Assembly (NCBI GenBank): GCA_963841435.1
Contig: CAWJCS010000006.1
Coordinates: 1,728,001-1,792,000, forward strand
Origin: an uncultured delta proteobacterium
Lineage (GTDB): Bacteria > Myxococcota_A > Polyangia > Polyangiales > Polyangiaceae
Direction of reading: 5' to 3'
Length of the DNA stretch: 64,000 nt
In this document: positions 18,806-28,819 of the stretch, in pieces
How the letters are laid out: each line of letters begins with the position of its first letter
How positions within the stretch are numbered: position 1 is the stretch's first letter
The notes under the pieces: generated by a model
The model's input: the letters and a program-made list of their open reading frames with translations, nothing else
Told to the model about the DNA's origin: nothing
The model's database searches: none
Translations under genes and position numbers: made by a program

Positions 18806-21800
18806 TCAGACCTTGCTGTCCTCGAAGAGCTCTTCGTCGCTCACGTCCTCACCGTCGTCGTCGTCGTCGTCGAGCAGGGAATCGAGCGCTGACGCCGCCA
18901 TGGCGGGCGACGGTGGCCTCGAGGGCGGCGGTGGGGGCGGCAGGCGCTGAGCAGCACCGGGCGGCGGTAGCGGCCGGGCGGAGGGCGTGGGCGGGGGGCG
19001 ACTGCCGCGTGGCGGCGGAGGCGGCGGCGGACGGCTCACGCCGCTACCGGGCACCGGCGGCGGCGGACGGCTCATGCCAGCCGACGGTGGCGGAGGCGGC
19101 GCAACGCGGGGCCTCGCCGCGTCGCCCACGGGCGGCGGAGGCGGCGAGCCCGTCCCGGTCGGAGCCAGAGGAGGCGGCGGCACCGGCTCGGGCGCCGGCG
19201 CTTCGGAAGCCAGCCCCTCGGGGCGGCGCGTCGCGAGATCGTCGTCGGAAAGTGGCGAGCCGCCGAGGAGCTCGTCGATGCCATCGGAGGCCGGCGGGGC
19301 GGGCTCTGGTATCGCGGCCGCTGCGGCTGGCAGCGGCTCCACCTCGCTCACCGCGGGAGCCGGAGCGGAAGCGTCCTCCGGGGCAGGAGGCGCCTCCTTG
19401 AGCTCCTTGAGCTCCTTGGGCTCCTTCGCCTCCTTGGCTTCCTTGTCCTTGTCCTTCTTCTTCTTCTTCTTGGTGTCCTTGGCCTCGGGCTCCGGCTTGG
19501 GGGCGGGGGGCTCGGCGTCACCCCCGACTTCGGACAGGGGCTCGTCCTTGGGCTTCCTGAGCATGCCCGCCTTGGCACGATCGAGGCCCTCGGTAGCCTC
19601 CGGATCACCCTGCTTCATGCGAAGGACGCGGCGCCAGGCGTCGGCCGCCTCACGTGGATCGTCGAGACGCTCCTCCCAAAGCCGCGCCACCTTGCGCGCG
19701 AGCTCGGCGCGCGCGGCCGGGTCCTTGCCGCGCAGGATCTGGTCTTCGTAGAGCTGGACCATGCCTCGCCAGTCCGAAAGCTCCGTGAACAGACCGAGCA
19801 GCTGATCGACGATGTCGGTGTCCGAGGGAGAGAGGTCGTGCAGGCGCCGGAGGTCGGTCGCGGCACCCTGCGGATCGTCGAGCTGGTCGCGCCGAATCGA
19901 GGCACGCCGCGCGAGCAGCTTGCGCACGAGCGGCCCATCGAACACTTCCTCGAGCGCGCGGCTCAAGACGTGCTCCGCGCGTTTCGGGTCACCGACCTCC
20001 TGCGCGAAGAGCTCGAGCTGCTCGAGCCGCTCGTCCTCGACATGGGCGATGATCGCGTCCCCGATCCAAACGAACGCTTGCTCGCGGTCGCCCAGATCTT
20101 CGAAGGCGAGCCGCGCGGCGCGCCCCAACATGGCGCTGCGCGTCCGACCGCCGTCCCGCGCTCCCTGCCCCCCCGCGGCGAGCGATTCGGCGAGGGTCCG
20201 GCGCAGGCGATCGGTGTCCTTGTCGGCGTCGCTCGTGCGAGCCGCCGTTTCGAGCGACTCGATGGCGTCCTCCTGGACTCCGCTGCCGAGGACGATGTCG
20301 AAGAACCCGCGCGCGCGCTCGAAGTCGCCGTGCTCTGCCGCCACGCGCGCCGCGCGCGCGAGCGCCAAGAGCTTGTCCTGCGGGTTCTTGCAGCGCGTCA
20401 CCTGGCGTTCGTAAATTTCGATGATGCGCGCGGGATCCGTGCAGAGCTGGGCCAGCCGGACCAAGAGCGGCTCCACCTCGGCCGGAGGCACGCTCGTGAG
20501 CGCCTGCTCGCCGTGCTGGATGCTGGTCTCGCCATCGACGCCGCAGTCGACGAGCACCTCGGCCTGACGCACGAACTCCTCGGCACGCGCCGGACCCGTG
20601 AGGTCCTGCACGAGCAGATCGTGCGAGACGGCGAGCACGTCGAGATCCGTGAGCTCCACGGCGAGCTTCTCGAGCCGCTTGGCGAACTCGGGGTCCGTGC
20701 CCTTGGCTCGGGCGACTTCCTTGCCCACGGCGGCGGCATCCTGCTTGCGCTCGACCTCGAGGAAGCGATCGAACGCCCCACGCAGCGCCTCGGTGCGCGT
20801 CGGGCCCGACGGCGAGGCGAGGTTCCACTCGACGAGCTTCACGGCGACGACGCCCTTCCAGCCGAGCTCGTCGCCGAGCCGCACGTACTCCTCACGGCAG
20901 GGCTCGTCGCCGCGGTCGGCCACTTCGAGCAGCGCGGCGAGCGCCTCGTCTCCCTTGCCCACCTTTTCGTGGAGGATCTCGGCGCGGCGCCGCGTCATGC
21001 GGCTGACTTCTTCCTCGTCGCCTTCGACCTCCATGAGCTCCTCGAGGTGCTCCGCCACGCGCGGCCAGTCCTCGATGCGCTCGCAAAGCTCGGCGAGGCG
21101 CTGAATGGCGCCGAAATCCTCCGCGTCGAGCCCGCGCACGACGTCGAGCACGCGAACCGCCGCCTTCGGGTCGTCGAGCGGCCCCTCGTACAGATCGGCG
21201 AGCTTGTTCGCGACCTCGAGCTTGACCTCGTCGTTCGTCGTGGCCTTGAGGCGACGCTCGAGCACCGACGCCGCCGAACCGTGGTCGTCCGTTCCCTGGT
21301 AAAGCTCCGCGACCTTTTCGAGGGCCTCGTCGTGCGTGGGATCGAGGTCCTCGAGGATGCGCTCGTAGCGCGCGATGGCGTCCTCGGGATTCGAGAGCGC
21401 GCCGGCGTAGAGCGCCGCTTCGCGGAGCAGCACGGCGACCTTCTGTGCGGGCTCCGTCGCGGCCTTCGCGAGTCGATCGAGGAACTCCGCAGCCGCGGCC
21501 GCGTCGTCACGTTGTTCGGCGTCGTCGGCGAGCCAGCCGAGCGCGTCGAGATCCTCGCCATCCTCGAGTAGCGCGAGCAGCGTCTCGCGGGCGGCATCGC
21601 CGTCGCCCATTCGGTCGCGCTGCATGTCCGCCGCGCGCCGCCTGAGACCCGAGCGCACGGGGCCTCCGGGCAGCTGCTCGGCGCGCCGCAAGAGGAACGC
21701 GACGAGATCGCCGAGACGATTTGCTTCCTCGAGTCGATCCTCGAGCTCGTCGGCGAGCTCGTCGTCGACCGGGTCGAGCTCGGTCGCCTGCTCGAGACGC

Positions 21801-23926
21801 TCGATCGCGCCCGCCTCGTCGCCCGAACGAGTGAGGTAGTCGGCCTCGAGCGCGTAGAGCTTGGCCTTGTCGCGGGGGGCATCGGCGAGCTCGGCGCGCT
21901 CGTCCGCCGCGGAAGCGGCTTGGTCCCAGGCTTCCGCCGTCGCGAACGCGCGTTCGGCCTTGTGCCACACGGCCGCGCTCTTGGTCACGGCCGCCGATTC
22001 GGCGAAGGCGTCACCGGCCGCCTGCGGGTCGCCCGCCGCAAGGCGCAGCTCACCGAGCTTGTCGAGCAACCGAGCCCGAACCTCGTCGTCCGCGACGCTC
22101 GGCAACGACTCGGAGATGGCCTGGGCAGCGCGATCCTGTCGTCCGCCCTTTTCGAACAGCTCGACGGCGGTATCCAGCGCGGACTCGTCCTCGGGCACGA
22201 GCGAGGCGATGCGCGTCCACGCCTCGCCGGCGCCAACCGGATCCTTTCTCTTTTGTTCGTGGACGCGAGCAATGGCCTTTTCGGCCGTGATGCGCGCTTC
22301 CACGTCATCGATGAGCTCGGCTTCTTGTTCGAGCACGCGTGCGAGATCGTCCCAGCGCCCGGCGCGCTCGAGCAAGCGCTTCAGGCTGGAACGCGCATCC
22401 TCGCTCTCGGGATCGATCGCAAGCAGCTCCTCGTAAGCGGCGACGGCGCCATTCGGATCGCGAAGCTGCGTCTCCGAAAGCCCGGCCGCTTCCCGCAGCC
22501 AGGTGATGCGCTGCTCGACGTCGATGCCGTCGTCGGCGGCGGCACGCCGCAGGACGTCACGCAGCTCGCCGAACTTGCGCAGCTGCTTCAGGTACGGCTC
22601 CAGGAAGCCGATGGCGTCGAGGTTGGCGGGCTCGATGTTGAGGACCTCGCGGTAGCGCTGGGCGGCGTCGTTCTTGCGCGCTTTGCGGGCCAGGGCGTGC
22701 GCCTGTTCGATGAGCGCCGCCACTTCGTCGGCGCTTTCGGCGCTCGGCGCCGACGTCAGGGGCGCGCCCGCCATGGGAGCACCCGACGGGCTCGCCGCCG
22801 GCCCGCTCCCCGTCGTGCGCCGACCGGTCGTCGACGGGCTACGCTGCGGCCGCGCGGGCGGCGCGCCGGGGATGGGCTGGGCGAAACGCTGCGCGAGGTC
22901 CCGAGCCTCGTCGGCAAGCGGGCCACCCGGATTGGCGCCGACATAGCCGGCCGCGCGTGCCGCTGCCTCTTCGGAGCGGCCGAGCTCGTTTGCGTAGTAC
23001 ATCGCAAGCTGCACGGCACGGTCGCTAGCCGGCTCGAGCTCGAGCGCGCAGAGCGAGTAGCTGAGCCCGTGCTCGCCTGGAAACTCCTCGGCGAGCGAGA
23101 CGAAGAGCTGCGCGCCTTCCGTCGCCTCCGCGGCCCCGACACGTTGACCCGACTGCTCCCATTCGAGGATCACCGTGCCGAGCAGCTGGCGGAGGCTCGC
23201 GTCGGCACCGCCTTCGAGCGCGCGCGCCTCACGCAGCGCCTGGGCCGCGCCTGCAAAATCACGCGCGCTTCGGCGGACTTCGCCTTCGTCCTGCTTGAGC
23301 GAGATGCGCCGGTCTCGATCCTCGACGAGCGCGAGCTCCATTTCGAAGTAGGGAATCGCTTCCGCCCACTGGCCCTGCCCCTTCAAGAGCTCGCGCAAGG
23401 AATAAATCGCGAACTGATTCCGCGGATCAAGCTCGACGGCACGGCGGTAATTCTCGACGGCCTTCTTCGGCTGCAGGAGTGGCTCGCCCGACCACAGGCG
23501 CCCGAGCTCCTCGTGGATGGCGCCAAGCTGCTGCGCCACCGCGAGATCCTGCGGGGCGATTGGCGAAAGCGCCTTGGCCCGACGCTCGAGCAGCGCGACG
23601 AGGGCCTTGGTATCGCCCTTCTCGCGATAGAGATCTGCCAGGCGCTCGGCGGGGTTCTGCTGCGTGGGGTCGCGGTCGATGGCGATCATCAGCGCCCGCG
23701 CGGCGCGATGGGCGTCACCGAGCGTGACGGACCAGACGTTGGCGGCCTCGGTGAGCCAATGGCACGCGAACGCGGGATCCGCCGTGGCCGTCCCCACCTT
23801 CTCGAGCAGCATTGCATACGATTTTGGGTCGCGCTGACCCGCCGCGTGCGCCAGCCGGATCGCGTCCTGGTCGTGTGGGTTCGTGACCAGACGCTGAACC
23901 AGCGTCTCCATCTCCCTGGAGTCCAT
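18806..23926 (-). CDS. Giant TPR-solenoid protein (1706 aa, AgmK-like) with a Lys/Pro/Asp-rich tail
   Basis: Dozens of repeats of the type A..Y.R.L..DP....A...L..L...G.W. Confidence 0.85.
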   Translation of the reverse strand: MDSREMETLVQRLVTNPHDQDAIRLAHAAGQRDPKSYAMLLEKVGTATADPAFACHWLTEAANVWSVTLGDAHRAARALMIAIDRDPTQQNPAERLADLYREKGDTKALVALLERRAKALSPIAPQDLAVAQQLGAIHEELGRLWSGEPLLQPKKAVENYRRAVELDPRNQFAIYSLRELLKGQGQWAEAIPYFEMELALVEDRDRRISLKQDEGEVRRSARDFAGAAQALREARALEGGADASLRQLLGTVILEWEQSGQRVGAAEATEGAQLFVSLAEEFPGEHGLSYSLCALELEPASDRAVQLAMYYANELGRSEEAAARAAGYVGANPGGPLADEARDLAQRFAQPIPGAPPARPQRSPSTTGRRTTGSGPAASPSGAPMAGAPLTSAPSAESADEVAALIEQAHALARKARKNDAAQRYREVLNIEPANLDAIGFLEPYLKQLRKFGELRDVLRRAAADDGIDVEQRITWLREAAGLSETQLRDPNGAVAAYEELLAIDPESEDARSSLKRLLERAGRWDDLARVLEQEAELIDDVEARITAEKAIARVHEQKRKDPVGAGEAWTRIASLVPEDESALDTAVELFEKGGRQDRAAQAISESLPSVADDEVRARLLDKLGELRLAAGDPQAAGDAFAESAAVTKSAAVWHKAERAFATAEAWDQAASAADERAELADAPRDKAKLYALEADYLTRSGDEAGAIERLEQATELDPVDDELADELEDRLEEANRLGDLVAFLLRRAEQLPGGPVRSGLRRRAADMQRDRMGDGDAARETLLALLEDGEDLDALGWLADDAEQRDDAAAAAEFLDRLAKAATEPAQKVAVLLREAALYAGALSNPEDAIARYERILEDLDPTHDEALEKVAELYQGTDDHGSAASVLERRLKATTNDEVKLEVANKLADLYEGPLDDPKAAVRVLDVVRGLDAEDFGAIQRLAELCERIEDWPRVAEHLEELMEVEGDEEEVSRMTRRRAEILHEKVGKGDEALAALLEVADRGDEPCREEYVRLGDELGWKGVVAVKLVEWNLASPSGPTRTEALRGAFDRFLEVERKQDAAAVGKEVARAKGTDPEFAKRLEKLAVELTDLDVLAVSHDLLVQDLTGPARAEEFVRQAEVLVDCGVDGETSIQHGEQALTSVPPAEVEPLLVRLAQLCTDPARIIEIYERQVTRCKNPQDKLLALARAARVAAEHGDFERARGFFDIVLGSGVQEDAIESLETAARTSDADKDTDRLRRTLAESLAAGGQGARDGGRTRSAMLGRAARLAFEDLGDREQAFVWIGDAIIAHVEDERLEQLELFAQEVGDPKRAEHVLSRALEEVFDGPLVRKLLARRASIRRDQLDDPQGAATDLRRLHDLSPSDTDIVDQLLGLFTELSDWRGMVQLYEDQILRGKDPAARAELARKVARLWEERLDDPREAADAWRRVLRMKQGDPEATEGLDRAKAGMLRKPKDEPLSEVGGDAEPPAPKPEPEAKDTKKKKKKDKDKEAKEAKEPKELKELKEAPPAPEDASAPAPAVSEVEPLPAAAAAIPEPAPPASDGIDELLGGSPLSDDDLATRRPEGLASEAPAPEPVPPPPLAPTGTGSPPPPPVGDAARPRVAPPPPPSAGMSRPPPPVPGSGVSRPPPPPPPRGSRPPPTPSARPLPPPGAAQRLPPPPPPSRPPSPAMAASALDSLLDDDDDDGEDVSDEELFEDSKV

Positions 23927-24015
23927 CGTAGGGCGACGCTAACACGCGCACTTCCGCACCCGCAACGCACCGAGACCCCGCAATTTTCCGACGGCAGCAG
24001 AGTCGTCGCGCCGCC

Positions 24016-25089
24016 CTACGACGCGAGCGCCCGGGCGGCCCGAAGCGCGGATCGGAGCGCTGCGTCAATCCCCGCTCCGTGAAAGGCCGAGCCCGCCAGC
24101 AACACGCGGCGGCCGGCGAGCTCCGCCTCAATCGATGCCACGAGCGCTGTGTGGTGCTCGTCGTGAACGGGAAGTGCACGGACCCAGCGTGCCACCCACG
24201 TACGCAACGGCTGCGCCCGGATCCCGAGCACTCGCTCGATTGCGACGCGCGCCCGCTCCGACCAGGCCGCGTCGTCGAGTGCCTCGAGATCGGCTTCGCT
24301 CGGTCGGAAGAAGAGCCGCAGGAGCGCGGCGTCGTCCGGCGAGCGCGCGGGCAGCTTCGATGACGTGAACGTGCAGGCACGCAGGCCGTCGCGCTGCGCT
24401 CGCTCCGCGACGACGAAGCCCGTCGCGTCGAGGTCGTGGGGCACATCCGACGCCCCAAACGCGAGAGAGACGGTGACGCTCGACAGCGTCGCTGCCGAAC
24501 CGAGTGCTCGCGCCGAAGGCGCGAGCGACGCGAGGATGGGCGCTGCGGCGCGCGCCCCTGTCGCCACGACGACCGCGTCGAACGGCTCCGACGGCCCCTC
24601 GGCGAGCTCGACCGACAGCCCCGAGCTCGCGGGCACCACGCGTTCGACCGCCGCGCCGAGGTGCAGCCCGACCTCGGCCGGCATCTCGGCGACGAGCGCG
24701 TCGGCGAGCCGCCCCATGCCCGGGCGCAGCGAGCGAATGCCGCGACCGAGCTCACCCGGTGGCACCTGAAAGCCCAGGAAGCGGGCCGCTTCGCCCGGCG
24801 CGAGCGCGACGAGTCGCTCACCGTCGAAGCCCAGCGAGCGCTCGAGCCGCTGCGCAACAATCTCGTCGCTCACGCCGACCTCGGCCGCGAGCTCGGGGAC
24901 GGATGCACTCGACGCCACGTATCCTTCGGCGCCTTGCTCGACGACGAAACCGCCCTCACGAATCGTGTGAAGCTGCCCCCCGGCCCGCGCGTCGGCCTCG
25001 AAGATCGACACGCGGTCCCCCGCCCTGCCGCGACGCAAGGCCACGGCAAGGCCGGTGAGCCCGGCGCCAATCACCGCGAGCCGACGCAC
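24016..25089 (-). CDS. HemY/HemG-type (co)protoporphyrinogen oxidase-like flavoprotein, internally shortened
   Basis: VIGAGLTGL, EA..RAGG...T...GFVVEQGAE, GMGRL..AL, TGFVV, CTFTSSK.P.R, RW..ALP and LAGS...G.GI; only 357 aa. Confidence 0.72.
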   Translation of the reverse strand: MRRLAVIGAGLTGLAVALRRGRAGDRVSIFEADARAGGQLHTIREGGFVVEQGAEGYVASSASVPELAAEVGVSDEIVAQRLERSLGFDGERLVALAPGEAARFLGFQVPPGELGRGIRSLRPGMGRLADALVAEMPAEVGLHLGAAVERVVPASSGLSVELAEGPSEPFDAVVVATGARAAAPILASLAPSARALGSAATLSSVTVSLAFGASDVPHDLDATGFVVAERAQRDGLRACTFTSSKLPARSPDDAALLRLFFRPSEADLEALDDAAWSERARVAIERVLGIRAQPLRTWVARWVRALPVHDEHHTALVASIEAELAGRRVLLAGSAFHGAGIDAALRSALRAARALAS

Positions 25090-25152
25090 GACGTGCTTTT
25101 TCTACCACGTGGCCGGTGAGCCACTCCGCCCGGCTCCGCCCACCGAGGCAAA

Positions 25153-25524
25153 ATGCTGGATTTGTGGGGCCCGTTCGTGCGGTTGAGCCTTCTCGTCGTG
25201 CTCTTTACCGGGTGCGGCGGCAGGTCGGTTTCGACCGACACGAAGACCGACGAGCTCGAGCACTGCGACCGCCTCTGCGGCGAAGTGCGCGCGTGCAACG
25301 GCTTCAGCGACGAATGCGTCAACGACTGCGGCGAGCTCGTCACCGACGCCGACGCCGCAGGTTGCGCGGGGGCGCTCGATGCGTTCCTCGGCTGCGCCGA
25401 GAGCGCACCCGACGTCTGCAACCCGAGCCGATCCTGCGAACGGAGCGCCAATGCCTACGCCGCGTGCATCACGGATTTTTGCTACGTAAACCAGGCCTCC
25501 AAGGCCTGCAGCGGCTCGTTCTGA
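25153..25524 (+). CDS. Cys-rich small lipoprotein
   Basis: LFTGC lipobox plus 12 further Cys (CxxxC pairs). Confidence 0.7.
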   Translation: MLDLWGPFVRLSLLVVLFTGCGGRSVSTDTKTDELEHCDRLCGEVRACNGFSDECVNDCGELVTDADAAGCAGALDAFLGCAESAPDVCNPSRSCERSANAYAACITDFCYVNQASKACSGSF

Positions 25525-25525
25525 G

Positions 25526-26743
25526 TCAGCCGCGCGCCGCGGGGCGGGCATCCGCGAGCGCGGCGGCACGCCTCAGCAGCGCCGAAGCGCTCGCGCGGGT
25601 CTTGTAGACGTAAAGCCCAGCGGCCGACCCCTCCTCGATGGCCTCCTCGCTCACGCGCAGGCGCCCGTTGACCACGAAAAGCACCGGTGCCGGAAGGCCG
25701 TGCTCGGCAAGCTCCACGCGGCGCCACACGCTTTCACGGCTCCAGAAACCGAGCAGCTCCACGAGGACCTCGGCGCCGTCCCGCTCCCGTCTGAGCACCA
25801 GATCGGGCACGCAGACGCCGTGGCCGGGCACGTCGAGCACGCGGTCCGCCCTGGCGACGCTCCAGCCGGCCTCGAGCGCAGCGAGCTGTTCGGCGAGCTC
25901 GCGCACGTCGTCGCGCACCGCGGGAGCCTCGCCGGGCGCTCGCGCGTTGGACACGTGGTGGCGAAACTCGAGCGTTTCGGCGCGCTCCCCCCAGCGCACT
26001 TCGGCGACGAGATCCAAGGATTCGCAAGCCTCGAGCGTCGGTAGGAGGAGCGCGAGCTCGAGGCCGTACTTTCCGACGCTCTGGAAAAGGCTGAACGGCC
26101 CGTCGATTTCCAGCCGGTAGCCGCCGCCCGAAAGCGGAGCGATCCTGTGCATGAGGCGTCGGAACTTGAGCTTGTTGAAGAGCTCCCGGTAGTGGTCCGC
26201 GCTCGCGCAGCGAACGTCGCAGACGACCTTGACGGCGCGCAAGAGCACGGCCTGGACCTGCGCGCGCACGTAACTCTCGACGAGCACGGCTGGCGCGGGC
26301 ACCTCGCACCGGACCAGACGCTGCGCGCCCCTGAGATCGGCATAAAGGCCGGCGTCCAGGGCTTCGACGGTGAGACCGCGCTCCGCCGCGACCTCCTCGA
26401 GCAGCCGCGCCCGATCGAAGGAGCCCGTGGCACGGGCAGCCGCCGCGCGAAGGAACACGCCGACCCTGAGCTCGCTCGCTTCGACGCCTTCGGGGATCGC
26501 GAACTCGCAGGCGTCCTCCACGAGCTTGCGCAACCCCGAGAGCAACCGTCGCTCGCGGGGTGCGACCTCGACCGTGGCCCAGAGCGAAAAAAGGTCGTCG
26601 CGACTTTCGCCGACGGAACCGCGCGCCATCGCGGCGACGATCTCGGCGAGTGCGTGCGCCCGCTCCAGAAGCGCGCCGCTCAGGGGCAGGAGCTTGAGCT
26701 CGCGGCCGCGCCGGCGCGCCCGCACGTGCTCGGGGCTCAGCAT
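25526..26743 (-). CDS. DUF790 family (Bax1-like) PD-(D/E)xK nuclease
   Basis: LYADL, Y..AQVQAVLLRA, IDGPFSLF...KYG and VPDLVL...VELLGFWS. Confidence 0.85.
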   Translation of the reverse strand: MLSPEHVRARRRGRELKLLPLSGALLERAHALAEIVAAMARGSVGESRDDLFSLWATVEVAPRERRLLSGLRKLVEDACEFAIPEGVEASELRVGVFLRAAAARATGSFDRARLLEEVAAERGLTVEALDAGLYADLRGAQRLVRCEVPAPAVLVESYVRAQVQAVLLRAVKVVCDVRCASADHYRELFNKLKFRRLMHRIAPLSGGGYRLEIDGPFSLFQSVGKYGLELALLLPTLEACESLDLVAEVRWGERAETLEFRHHVSNARAPGEAPAVRDDVRELAEQLAALEAGWSVARADRVLDVPGHGVCVPDLVLRRERDGAEVLVELLGFWSRESVWRRVELAEHGLPAPVLFVVNGRLRVSEEAIEEGSAAGLYVYKTRASASALLRRAAALADARPAARG

Positions 26744-28104
26744 TGATACGCCGAATGGGCGCGGCGCCGCTCGCTCGTACCGACCTCACCGGTTCCTGCG
26801 GAGACGAGCTCGTAGAGCACGGCCTGCTTGTCGCCGCGTCGCCGCAGCACGCGACCGAGGCGCTGCACGTGCTCGCGCACGGACCCGCTGCCGCTGATGA
26901 CGATCGCCACGCTGGCATCGGGCACGTCGACGCCTTCGTTTAGCACCTTGGACGTCGCCACGACGTCGAACGTGCCCGCGGCGAACCGCTCGAGGATCTG
27001 ACTACGCTCTTTGACCTTGGTCTGGTGCGTGATGACCGGCACCAAGAAGCGCCGCGAAACGGCGTACGCCGTGCGGTTTTCCTCGGTGAAGACGAGCACG
27101 CGTTCGCCGCGGTGCTGGGCGAGCAGGCGTTCGAGGTGCTCGAGCTTCTGCGCCGGTGCGAGCGCGAGCGCGCGCTGACGGCGGTAAGCGGCGAGCGCCC
27201 GGAGGCCTTCGGCCGTGCGGGCCGAGCGCATCAAAAAGTCGTTCCAACCCGAGGGCGAGCCCATCCGGACGCCCGACGAGCGCGAAAATGCGAGGTAGAT
27301 CGCGCGCTCTGTTTCGTACTCGGCGCGCTCCTCGGGGCTGAGCTCGACGTCCACGCGAACGGTCTCGTACTCGGCGAGGTACTCGCCGGCCAGCTCGACG
27401 ATGTCCTTGCGATAGAGCGTGGGGCCGATCAGCCGCTCGAGCTCGATTTCTCGGCCGTCGGGGCGCTCGGGCGTGGCCGTGAGGCCGAGGCGGTAGGGCG
27501 CGAGGCAGAGCTCCGCCGCAAGCTCGTACGTCCCTCCGACGAGGTGGTGGCATTCGTCGAACACGACGAGGCCGAAGCGCGCGCCGAAATGCTGCATGTG
27601 GAGATAGGCCGAGTCGTACGTCGTGACCGTGAGCGGGCGCACCTCGTGCGAGCCGCCACCGACGATGCCGACCTCGGTGGCAAAGCTCGCGCGGAGCAGG
27701 TCGTACCACTGGCGCACGAGGTCCAGCGTGGGTACGACGACGAGCGCGCTACGGCGGCGATCGTCGATGGCGAGCACGGCGAGGTGGCTCTTGCCCGCGC
27801 CCGTCGGCAACACGACGACGCCGCGCCCATTTCCCTTGCGGAACGCTGCCAAGGCCTCGTCCTGAAACGGGCGCGCCGCGCGCTTTAGCACGAGGTGCGC
27901 CGCGAGCTCCTCGTAGGCGCGCGCCTGGTCGTCGAGCTCGACGCCCTCGCGCCGCAGGGCGAGCACGAGCGGGGCGTAGGCGCGCGCCGGAGCACGATGG
28001 CAGCGACTGCGAGGGTCCCAGCGGCAACCGGGCGGCGGGGGTGCATCGGGAGCGAGACCCGAGAGCTCGAGCGTCCCGGCGACGAACCGGAGCGAAAGCG
28101 TCAA
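26737..28104 (-). CDS. XPB/Rad25-like SF2 DNA helicase
   Basis: RPFQ, LPTGAGKS, DECHH, LGLTATPER, LNEGVDVP and QRLGRVLR; TTG start overlaps the upstream stop. Confidence 0.9.
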   Translation of the reverse strand: MTLSLRFVAGTLELSGLAPDAPPPPGCRWDPRSRCHRAPARAYAPLVLALRREGVELDDQARAYEELAAHLVLKRAARPFQDEALAAFRKGNGRGVVVLPTGAGKSHLAVLAIDDRRRSALVVVPTLDLVRQWYDLLRASFATEVGIVGGGSHEVRPLTVTTYDSAYLHMQHFGARFGLVVFDECHHLVGGTYELAAELCLAPYRLGLTATPERPDGREIELERLIGPTLYRKDIVELAGEYLAEYETVRVDVELSPEERAEYETERAIYLAFSRSSGVRMGSPSGWNDFLMRSARTAEGLRALAAYRRQRALALAPAQKLEHLERLLAQHRGERVLVFTEENRTAYAVSRRFLVPVITHQTKVKERSQILERFAAGTFDVVATSKVLNEGVDVPDASVAIVISGSGSVREHVQRLGRVLRRRGDKQAVLYELVSAGTGEVGTSERRRAHSAYQC

Positions 28105-28757
28105 AGCGGCGTGTCCTCGCGGGCGGAGCCGCCCATGAGCTCGAGCGGAACGTGGAACACCAGCTCGCCGATGAAGGTGCCGCGGCGCTCCCGCAAGCGC
28201 ACCTTCGTGACGGAGCAGTTGCCCATCTTGACGATGCAGACGCGCGGTACGGGCTCGCACACGAGGTGCTTGAGCAGCTGGTAGTTGAAACCTCCGTGCC
28301 CCACGAGCAGCACGCGCTCGCCGCTCTCGCGATGGCGCGCCTCGAGCTTTCCTCGCACCGAAACAACGCGCGCTTGCACGTCGGCGTAGCTCTCGCCGCC
28401 GAACTCGGAGAAGTCGCCGAGCTGGTCGATGCGGCGGCGCGCGAAGGCGGGGAAGCGCAGCGCGATCTCGCTGAAGGTGAGGCCCTCGAGCGCGCCCGCG
28501 GCTAGCTCGGCGAGCTCGGGCTCCGGTACCGGTGCGGGACCTCGTGTCGATCCGGCCAGCACCTCGGCGGTTTGCGCGGCGCGTAGCAGGGGCGACGCGT
28601 AGTGACGATCCCAGCCGAGCCCGTGTGAAGCGAGGAACCCCGCGAGGCGGCGGGTCTGCTCGCGGCCCCGCTCCGTGAGAGGAAAGTCGCTGCGGCCCTG
28701 CATTCGATCCTGCGCGTTCCCTTCGCTTTCGCCATGGCGCACGATGAGGATCTCCAC
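28101..28757 (-). CDS. Histidine phosphatase (phosphoglycerate mutase-like)
   Basis: VRHGES, SPLLRAAQT, GGES and VGHGG. Confidence 0.9.
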   Translation of the reverse strand: MEILIVRHGESEGNAQDRMQGRSDFPLTERGREQTRRLAGFLASHGLGWDRHYASPLLRAAQTAEVLAGSTRGPAPVPEPELAELAAGALEGLTFSEIALRFPAFARRRIDQLGDFSEFGGESYADVQARVVSVRGKLEARHRESGERVLLVGHGGFNYQLLKHLVCEPVPRVCIVKMGNCSVTKVRLRERRGTFIGELVFHVPLELMGGSAREDTPL

Positions 28758-28819
28758 GCTGTGAGCCTTGTCTGCTAGATCCCGCTGACGCCGGCGGCCG
28801 AGCCGTCGGCTGCGTAGTC

